A DNA stretch of 5,603 nt from Nanopusillaceae archaeon (GTDB lineage Archaea > Nanobdellota > Nanobdellia > Nanobdellales > Nanobdellaceae). This document shows positions 1 through 4,588 of this stretch, piece by piece; positions within the stretch are counted from its first letter, which is position 1; every line of letters begins with the position of its first letter. Made by a program: the position numbers and the translations under genes. The notes under the pieces were generated by a model. That model was not told the origin of the DNA, searched no databases, and saw only the letters and a list, made by a program, of their open reading frames with translations. Location: assembly GCA_038833255.1 (NCBI GenBank), contig JAWBIX010000027.1:1-5603 (forward strand), written 5' to 3'.

Positions 1-157
1 CATGGCCTAAAAAAACTTGCCTACAACACATTTTTTCTATTTGCAACTCTTCAAATGCTTCTCTAGGACTTTTACCACTCTTTAACAACTCTTTATATTT
101 AAACCATAAATGTCCTATTGGTTTTCCACAACTGAAACATCTAATAGGAAAGATCAT
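1..157 (-). CDS. rpoN: DNA-directed RNA polymerase subunit N (RpoN/Rpb10), 5' part; the 3' end runs off the window
   Basis: Not in the ORF track because it is truncated by the window edge. My translation of the minus strand from the ATG at 157-155 gives MIFPIRCFSCGKPIGHLWFKYKELLKSGKSPREAFEELQIEKMCCRQVFLGH. This has the N-terminal CxxC zinc motif and the internal CC-R motif typical of RpoN/Rpb10. Confidence 0.8.
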   Translation of the reverse strand, partial: MIFPIRCFSCGKPIGHLWFKYKELLKSGKSPREAFEELQIEKMCCRQVFLGH

Positions 158-178
158 TTTTATTTATTTAAAAAATTT

Positions 179-186
179 TTTATAAA
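179..186 (-). promoter_or_regulatory. TATA-box-like octamer TTTATAAA at -29..-22 of the rpoN ATG
   Basis: The minus-strand sequence upstream of the ATG reads GTTTATAAAAAATTTTTTAAATAAATAAAA-ATG. The spacing matches an archaeal TATA box about 25 nt before a transcription start at or near the ATG (leaderless). The T6 run in the same spacer could terminate the upstream GTPase gene. AT-richness makes this weak evidence. Confidence 0.4.
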
Positions 187-187
187 C

Positions 188-1390
188 TTATTTACTTGTG
201 ATTATACGTAAAACATCACGATGTTTTAATTCATAATCTTTTCCGAATGATTTCTTAGTTCTCATATCTATAACTCTAACAAAATTTTCTGCTATTTCAG
301 AGTGTATTTTTAATGCAAGATCTATAGCTTTACTTCCTTTAGGTAATAAATAGCAATCTGGGAGGATATTACCTTTATTATCTGTTAAATTATCATTTGC
401 TACTGGAAAAACAGCAATATATTTTAATACTTCAAAAACTGCCAAATCTAACAGTTTTTGAACTCCAGTACTTCCAAATTCTTTAAATATAGAGTTTTCA
501 ATAAAATCTAATGCTCTTTTTTCTCTTTCATCTAAATTACCTAAAATTTCAAAATTCCCTTCTCCAGGAATATACTTTATTTTTCTTTCTTTATCTAATT
601 CTTTAAGTATTATTTCTGCGTATCCTGATGTAGGAACAATTACTAAATCTGGATATTTTTCTTTTAGCCTCTTCATATTTTTCTTAGCTAAATCTATATC
701 TATATCTATTCTATTTGCAGCAATTATGATTGGTTTAGATATTTTCCTTATTTCTTTAGCTAATAAAAATAATGTTCTTTCGTCATCTAAAATAGAAACA
801 TCCTCTTCACTTATATTTAACTTTTTAAATGCAGATATAACACAGTTTATATCTACATTTAATCCAGATAAAATTTGGTGAATTTCTAATAAAACATTTT
901 TCTTTTCATATTTTATTTTTTTAATTTCTTTTTCTAAATTTCTTTTTAAGATTTCAAAAAACCACCAATCTATTTCCTCTTCTAACCAAAAAATGTCTTT
1001 TATTGGATCATAGTTCCCTTTACCTATATATCTCCCCTCTTCATCAGTAGCCCCCACTATATCTAAAACATGTATAAGAATATCTGCTTTTCTTAAATCA
1101 TCTAAAAATTTGTTTCCTAACCCTTTTCCTTTATGTGCTCCAGGGACCAATCCAGCAACATCCATAATCTTAACAGGAACAAAACGATATTTTCCTTTTA
1201 TAAATCCATATCTCGGATTCGGTATTACACCAAACTCGTAACCAACTTCTTCTACTCTAACAAATCCTACTCCTTCATTCGGATTTATAGTTGTAAATGG
1301 ATAATTTGCTATTTGTACATCCTGCATTGTTATTGATTTAAATATTGTAGATTTTCCAACATTTGGTTTTCCAATTAAACCTATCAGCAT
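188..1390 (-). CDS. Obg-family P-loop GTPase, Ygr210/YchF-like, with a C-terminal TGS domain
   Basis: 400-aa ORF. G1 is GKPNVGKS, G2 is YPFTT, G3 is DVAGLVPG, and G4-like is NRID (Lys to Arg variant of NKxD). The C-terminal beta-grasp/TGS-like tail is ...FGKDYELKHRDVLRIITSK. Length and N-terminus (MxIGLIGKPNVGKST..IANYPFTTI.PN.G) fit the archaeal Ygr210/YchF branch. Confidence 0.85.
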   Translation of the reverse strand: MLIGLIGKPNVGKSTIFKSITMQDVQIANYPFTTINPNEGVGFVRVEEVGYEFGVIPNPRYGFIKGKYRFVPVKIMDVAGLVPGAHKGKGLGNKFLDDLRKADILIHVLDIVGATDEEGRYIGKGNYDPIKDIFWLEEEIDWWFFEILKRNLEKEIKKIKYEKKNVLLEIHQILSGLNVDINCVISAFKKLNISEEDVSILDDERTLFLLAKEIRKISKPIIIAANRIDIDIDLAKKNMKRLKEKYPDLVIVPTSGYAEIILKELDKERKIKYIPGEGNFEILGNLDEREKRALDFIENSIFKEFGSTGVQKLLDLAVFEVLKYIAVFPVANDNLTDNKGNILPDCYLLPKGSKAIDLALKIHSEIAENFVRVIDMRTKKSFGKDYELKHRDVLRIITSK

Positions 1391-1411
1391 TTAACTTAAT
1401 TACAATGAAAA

Positions 1412-1419
1412 ATTAATAA
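1412..1419 (-). promoter_or_regulatory. TATA-like octamer TTATTAAT at -29..-22 of the GTPase ATG; it overlaps the T5 run that follows the tRNA
   Basis: The minus strand downstream of the tRNA reads A-GTTATTAATTTTTCATTGTAATTAAGTTAA-ATG. The offset is the same as at rpoN and at the two genes flanking 5081-5113. Confidence 0.35.
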
Positions 1420-1420
1420 C

Positions 1421-1495
1421 TAGCGGGGCCGGGATTTGAACCCGGGACCTGGGGGTTATGAGCCCCCCGGGCACTCCTGGCTGCCCTACCCCGCT
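1421..1495 (-). tRNA. Initiator tRNA-Met (anticodon CAT); intron-less; 3' CCA not encoded
   Basis: The minus strand reads AGCGGGG-TA-GGGC-AGCCAGGAGT-GCCC-G-GGGGG-CTCATAA-CCCCC-AGGTC-CCGGG-TTCAAAT-CCCGG-CCCCGCT-A. All four stems are perfect Watson-Crick. The anticodon loop is CTCATAA (CAT). There is an A1:U72 pair and three or more G:C pairs closing the anticodon stem, the archaeal/eukaryal initiator hallmarks. The discriminator is A73 (position 1421). Confidence 0.92.
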
Positions 1496-1511
1496 ATAAA
1501 AATATTTACAA

Positions 1512-1529
1512 TATAAAAATTATAAAAAT
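1512..1529. repeat. Tandem 9-bp duplication TATAAAAAT x2 in the tRNA upstream region
   Basis: Positions 1512-1520 and 1521-1529 are identical. On the minus strand this yields two TATA-like words: TTTTATAA at -32..-25 and TTTTATAT at -23..-16 relative to tRNA nucleotide 1. Confidence 0.6.
1520..1527 (-). promoter_or_regulatory. Putative tRNA promoter TATA box (TTTTATAA, -32..-25 of the mature tRNA 5' end)
   Basis: Position and sequence only, in an extremely AT-rich context. Confidence 0.35.
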
Positions 1530-1532
1530 TTT

Positions 1533-1546
1533 AAAAAATAAATAAA
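1533..1546 (-). terminator. Oligo-T tract (TTTATTTATTTTTT) just downstream of the Alba stop codon
   Basis: Archaeal termination typically occurs at T-runs. On the minus strand this tract begins 7 nt after the stop codon at 1553-1555. Confidence 0.3.
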
Positions 1547-1552
1547 GAGATT

Positions 1553-1840
1553 CTATTTTATTTTAGCCAAAACTATTTCTATTGTAGATACTCTTCTTTT
1601 CTTATTTTCTGCTACATTTAATTCTTCTGAATCTATTTTTATATTTTTTATATCTACTTGTCCATTCAAAAACTTTTTTCTAACTATCTCTGCTACATCT
1701 ATTGCTCTAGAGATGAATCTTCCTCTTGCTTTTATAACAACTTCCTTTGCTCCTTGGCTTGTAAATTGCATTACTACGGCCGTTACATAATTCATAAAAG
1801 GTTTATTTCCGATATATACAACACCTGCTTCAGCCATCAT
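1553..1840 (-). CDS. albA: Alba (Sso10b/Sac10b family) chromatin and RNA-binding protein
   Basis: 95-aa [51 protein letters not shown]...[11 protein letters not shown] is collinear with the canonical Alba signature (IGKKPVMNY...IKARGRAISKAVD..EIVRNRF...VSTIEI). Confidence 0.92.
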   Translation of the reverse strand: MMAEAGVVYIGNKPFMNYVTAVVMQFTSQGAKEVVIKARGRFISRAIDVAEIVRKKFLNGQVDIKNIKIDSEELNVAENKKRRVSTIEIVLAKIK

Positions 1841-2031
1841 GAAGTTTGTAACTTTTTAATTTTTCTTGTTATATAGCCGGCCAACATATTTCTTAATCTT
1901 TTAGATGGTATATCCGCAATAATTTCTAAAATTTTTCTATTTTTGTTATAGTCTTTTGAAAAGAATTCAGAATACTTCAAAAATATTTGTTCTGCTATTC
2001 TTCTAAATTTACTATGAAGGATTCGACCCAT
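1837..2031 (-). CDS. rps17e: Ribosomal protein eS17 (S17e)
   Basis: 64-aa [23 protein letters not shown]...[17 protein letters not shown]. It matches the archaeal S17e pattern (MG.I....VKRIA......F..DF..NK........SK.LRN.IAGYITR). Its TGA overlaps the Alba ATG (ATGA at 1837-1840). Confidence 0.88.
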   Translation of the reverse strand: MGRILHSKFRRIAEQIFLKYSEFFSKDYNKNRKILEIIADIPSKRLRNMLAGYITRKIKKLQTS

Positions 2032-2062
2032 TATACTTTAAAATTTTAAAGAAAAAATTTAA

Positions 2063-2075
2063 AAAATAATATTTA
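2063..2075 (+). repeat. 13-mer AAAATAATATTTA, copy 1 (4 nt upstream of the ATGA of the C box)
   Basis: Identical to 2145-2157. Confidence 0.7.
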
Positions 2076-2079
2076 AAGG

Positions 2080-2125
2080 ATGATGCATTACGCTTCTGAA
2101 AAATGATGAGTAATATTAAAACTGA
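2080..2125 (+). ncRNA. Candidate box C/D sRNA (C-D'-C'-D architecture)
   Basis: C box AUGAUGC at 2080-2086; 9-nt spacer AUUACGCUU; D' box CUGA at 2096-2099; AAA linker; C' box AUGAUGA at 2103-2109; 12-nt spacer GUAAUAUUAAAA; D box CUGA at 2122-2125. It is intergenic. The minus strand shows no such pattern. The true ends are unknown, so the coordinates are box to box. Confidence 0.45.
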
Positions 2126-2127
2126 AA

Positions 2128-2135
2128 ATATAAAA
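2128..2135 (+). promoter_or_regulatory. Possible aIF2-gamma TATA box (ATATAAAA, -33..-26 of the ATG)
   Basis: This is the best TATA-like word at a suitable distance. It lies 4 nt further upstream than in the four exact-offset cases, so a very short leader or a different box is possible. Confidence 0.25.
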
Positions 2136-2144
2136 TTATTTTTT

Positions 2145-2157
2145 AAAATAATATTTA
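2145..2157 (+). repeat. 13-mer AAAATAATATTTA, copy 2 (3 nt upstream of the aIF2-gamma ATGA)
   Basis: Identical to 2063-2075. Confidence 0.7.
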
Positions 2158-2160
2158 TCA

Positions 2161-3342
2161 ATGAGTAATATATATCCTGATCTTTCAATAGTAATTCTAG
2201 GCCATGTAGATCATGGAAAAACAACTTTAGCAAAATCTTTAACCGGAAAATGGTTAGCAAAACATTCTGAAGAACTAAAAAGAGGACTAACTATAAAATT
2301 AGGGTATTCTAACTTTTCTATATATAAATGTCCGACCCACGGATATTTTACAAAAAACAGATGTCCAATCTGTGGAGGAGAAAATGTTTTTATTAGAAAA
2401 ATCTCGCTTTTAGATGCTCCTGGTCATGAAGCTCTACTTTCAGTTATGCTATCTGGTGCTGCCATAGTAGATGCAGGAATTTTAGTTATTGCAGCTAACG
2501 AACCGGTTCCACAACCACAAACATTAGAACATTTATTAACATTTAAGTTTTTAGGAAATAAACCTCTTTTGGTGGTACAAAATAAAATTGATCTAGTAAG
2601 TAAAGAAGAAGCAATAAAAAATTATAATAAAATTTTAGAATTTTTAAATTCTTTAGGATTTGAAAAAAATATAGAAATTATTCCAATATCAGCAATAAAT
2701 GATGTTAACATAGAATATATTCTCGAATGGTTAGCAAATTTAAAAACACCACAAAGAGATTTAGATTCAGATCCTCTGTTTTTAGTAACAAGATCTTTTG
2801 ATGTAAATAAACCTGGAACTCCGGTCAAAGAATTAAAAGGAGGGGTTCTTGGGGGCTCTCTAATAAAGGGAAAAATAAAACTAAATGATGAAATTGAAAT
2901 TAAACCCGGCCTATATTTAAACGGTAAATGGAAAACTATAAAAACTAAAGTAAAAAATTTAATTCAAGGAGATTATAATGTTGAAGAAATAAGACCTGGT
3001 GGTACTTCAAGTATAGAAACTTATTTAGATCCTTTTCTTACAAAAGACGATACATTAGCAGGGCAAATTGTAGGATATCCTGATAAATTACCAAATATGA
3101 TGGAAAAAGTTAGTTTAGTATATGAAAAAATAAGAGATACTAAAAAGGAATTAAAAGTTGACGATGACATATTAATAGTTTCCTATAATATTTCTTCTTT
3201 AGGAAAAATAGTAGAGAAACGAGAAAATGAAATAACAGTAATATTAAAAAAGCCAATATTAGCTAATTCTAATAATAAGGTTGTAATATTAGTAAAATTA
3301 AATAATAGGTGGTCGTTATACGGTATTGGATATGTCAAATGA
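2161..3342 (+). CDS. eif2g: Translation initiation factor aIF2 gamma subunit
   Basis: 393-aa ORF. G1 is GHVDHGKT, switch I is ELKRGLTIKLGY, G3 is DAPGHE, G4 is NKID, and G5 is ISA. A zinc-knuckle insertion (CPTH...CPIC) sits in the G domain. Beta-barrel domains II/III follow (FLVTRSFDVNKPGT..LKGGVLGGSL.KG). Confidence 0.95.
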   Translation: MSNIYPDLSIVILGHVDHGKTTLAKSLTGKWLAKHSEELKRGLTIKLGYSNFSIYKCPTHGYFTKNRCPICGGENVFIRKISLLDAPGHEALLSVMLSGAAIVDAGILVIAANEPVPQPQTLEHLLTFKFLGNKPLLVVQNKIDLVSKEEAIKNYNKILEFLNSLGFEKNIEIIPISAINDVNIEYILEWLANLKTPQRDLDSDPLFLVTRSFDVNKPGTPVKELKGGVLGGSLIKGKIKLNDEIEIKPGLYLNGKWKTIKTKVKNLIQGDYNVEEIRPGGTSSIETYLDPFLTKDDTLAGQIVGYPDKLPNMMEKVSLVYEKIRDTKKELKVDDDILIVSYNISSLGKIVEKRENEITVILKKPILANSNNKVVILVKLNNRWSLYGIGYVK

Positions 3343-3743
3343 GATATAAAATACTAATAGATACTAATTTTTTCTTTATACCATTTTACGAGAATTTTGA
3401 TATCTTAGAAGAATTAAAGAGATTTTTAATCGAAAATAATATAGAATTTGAAGGCTTTTATACATTGAAAAAGAACATTTATGAAATTGAGAATAAAATA
3501 AAAATTAGCAAAAGTGTAAAAAGTAAAAAATTGTATGAACTAGTTATGGAATATATTAACAAAAACAATATTATTATACTTGAGAGTCCTGTAAATGAAA
3601 AAACAGACAGACTGTTAATTAATACTGCTTTAAATGGAAATTGGATTATTTGTACATTAGATAAACAACTCAAAAGTATTATGAAAAAACTGAAAATTCC
3701 TTATATTTCTTATAGTAATAAGAAATTATATATAAAATGGTAA
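3339..3743 (+). CDS. PIN-domain endoribonuclease, Fcf1/Utp24-like (archaeal housekeeping type)
   Basis: The track ORF starts at a GTG (3309). I prefer the in-frame ATG at 3339, which overlaps the aIF2-gamma stop as ATGA and gives MRYKILIDTNFF.... An acidic PIN tetrad is recognisable: D in ILIDTN, E in YEIENK, D in KTDRLL, D in CTLDKQL. The C-terminal ..CTLDKQLKSIMKKLKIPYISY resembles the Fcf1 ATxDxxLrrrlrkipGvPi motif. There is no Zn ribbon, so it is not Nob1. Confidence 0.75.
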   Translation: MRYKILIDTNFFFIPFYENFDILEELKRFLIENNIEFEGFYTLKKNIYEIENKIKISKSVKSKKLYELVMEYINKNNIIILESPVNEKTDRLLINTALNGNWIICTLDKQLKSIMKKLKIPYISYSNKKLYIKW

Positions 3744-4588
3744 CTAATGCTCCGCCAGAATTTTTCGTAGCAAAAAAGAAGTTTGAAGAAGCTAAAACTC
3801 CAAAAGAAAAATTAGAGGCATTATATGAAATGCTTAGGGAGGCTCCAAAACATAAGGGCGCGTCTAATTTACTACTTTGGATTAAAAAAGAGATAGCTAA
3901 ATATAAAAAAATCATAGAAGAAGAAAATAAAAGATCTTCTGGAAAATTTAAGTTAATAGAGAAATCTGGAGATTTATTAATTAGCATTCTTGGAGTAGAA
4001 AATTCTGGAAAAAGTTATTTTTTAAAAAAATTTACTAAATCTAATGTAGAAGATTCCGAAATCCCATTCTCTACTACAAACCCAGCAATAGGAACTTTAT
4101 TCTATAATGGAGTTTATTATCAATTTATAGAAATTCCTTCTACATTTAAAAAGATATTTAGAACAATATTAACAATATCCGATTTTTTTATAATTATAAT
4201 TGACGCTAGAAGAGACATTTCAGAGCAATTTAATAGAATAAACAAATTTTCAGAGGGAATAATTCAATTTTCTGAAGAAGAAAAGGATAATTATATAATT
4301 ATATACAATAAATTTGATCATTTTCAAGATTTAAAAATTGAACACATATTAGAAAAAATATTAGAAAAATTAAATTTAATAAGAGTTTTTCCCATAAATT
4401 CTGAACATTGTGTTCTTTTGAAAAAAGATAATGCTACTGTAAAAGACTTCATAGAGAAAATAAATAAAAAATTTCTAAATTGTTTTGAATATGCAAAAAT
4501 AAAAAGAAAAGATAAAGTTATCAGGGGTGGTCTTAATTTCAAATTAGAAGATAAAGATATTGTAGAACTAAAAATAAAAATTAGCTAG
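3737..4588 (+). CDS. DRG-like Obg-family GTPase with a C-terminal TGS domain; divergent, with a degenerate G3
   Basis: 283-aa ORF. The N-terminal helical region is AKTPKEKLEALYEMLREAPKHKGASNLL..IKKEIAKYKK. G1 is GVENSGKS, G2-like is PFSTT, and G4 is NKFD. The TGS-like end is VIRGGLNFKLEDKDIVELKI. Its ATG overlaps the PIN gene by 7 nt (3737-3743). Confidence 0.75.
   Translation: MVTNAPPEFFVAKKKFEEAKTPKEKLEALYEMLREAPKHKGASNLLLWIKKEIAKYKKIIEEENKRSSGKFKLIEKSGDLLISILGVENSGKSYFLKKFTKSNVEDSEIPFSTTNPAIGTLFYNGVYYQFIEIPSTFKKIFRTILTISDFFIIIIDARRDISEQFNRINKFSEGIIQFSEEEKDNYIIIYNKFDHFQDLKIEHILEKILEKLNLIRVFPINSEHCVLLKKDNATVKDFIEKINKKFLNCFEYAKIKRKDKVIRGGLNFKLEDKDIVELKIKIS
4571..4580 (-). terminator. T5AT4 tract immediately after the stop of the RAM-domain gene
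   Basis: The minus strand reads TAA-TTTTTATTTT. This is an archaeal oligo-T terminator candidate. It lies inside the 3' end of the convergent DRG-like CDS. Confidence 0.3.

Noticed and set aside
1421-1495. The tRNA as an elongator tRNA-Met, a tRNA-Ile(CAT), or a split or intron-containing gene
   Set aside because: The A1:U72 pair and the G:C-rich anticodon stem are initiator features. The 74-nt cloverleaf is contiguous with a standard 7-nt anticodon loop. There is no bulge-helix-bulge insertion.
2087-2095. Assigning the D' guide to a specific 23S rRNA methylation site
   Set aside because: The complement AAGCGUAAU matches a bacterial 23S segment only from my memory. The archaeal homologous segment, as I recall it, differs. 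Without this organism's rRNA sequence, no target can be claimed.
2012-2260. 82-aa minus-strand ORF spanning the eS17 start, the whole spacer and the aIF2-gamma start
   Set aside because: It overlaps two well-supported genes and the promoter region. The sequence is low-complexity and Leu/Ile/Phe/Lys-rich, as expected from reading AT-rich DNA, and has no recognisable motif.
3238-3249. The 12-nt D-guide sequence GTAATATTAAAA (2110-2121) recurs exactly inside the aIF2-gamma CDS
   Set aside because: The match is same-sense, so the sRNA could not base-pair with the mRNA. The word is an A/T-rich 12-mer in a very AT-rich window. I could not compute its expected frequency, so I treat it as probable coincidence.
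3309-3338. GTG start at 3309 for the PIN gene, as in the ORF track
   Set aside because: It would add MVVIRYWICQ, encoded entirely inside the aIF2-gamma 3' end. The in-frame ATG at 3339 gives the typical PIN N-terminus (short beta strand followed by the D of ILIDTN). It also gives the ATGA stop/start overlap used elsewhere in this window.
3339-3743. PIN protein as a VapC toxin of a toxin-antitoxin pair
   Set aside because: There is no small upstream antitoxin ORF. The gene is sandwiched by overlaps between aIF2-gamma and a GTPase. The C-terminal motif resembles Fcf1-type housekeeping PIN proteins.
3679-3987. 102-aa minus-strand ORF. Similar antisense ORFs lie at 1133-1336 (+), 1658-1876 (+), 2622-2828 (-), 3479-3673 (-) and 4324-4542 (-)
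   Set aside because: All lie entirely antisense to strongly supported CDSs. They are Ser/Phe/Leu/Ile-rich mirror images of Lys/Glu/Asn-rich coding sequence, and they have no promoter-like spacing or domain signature.
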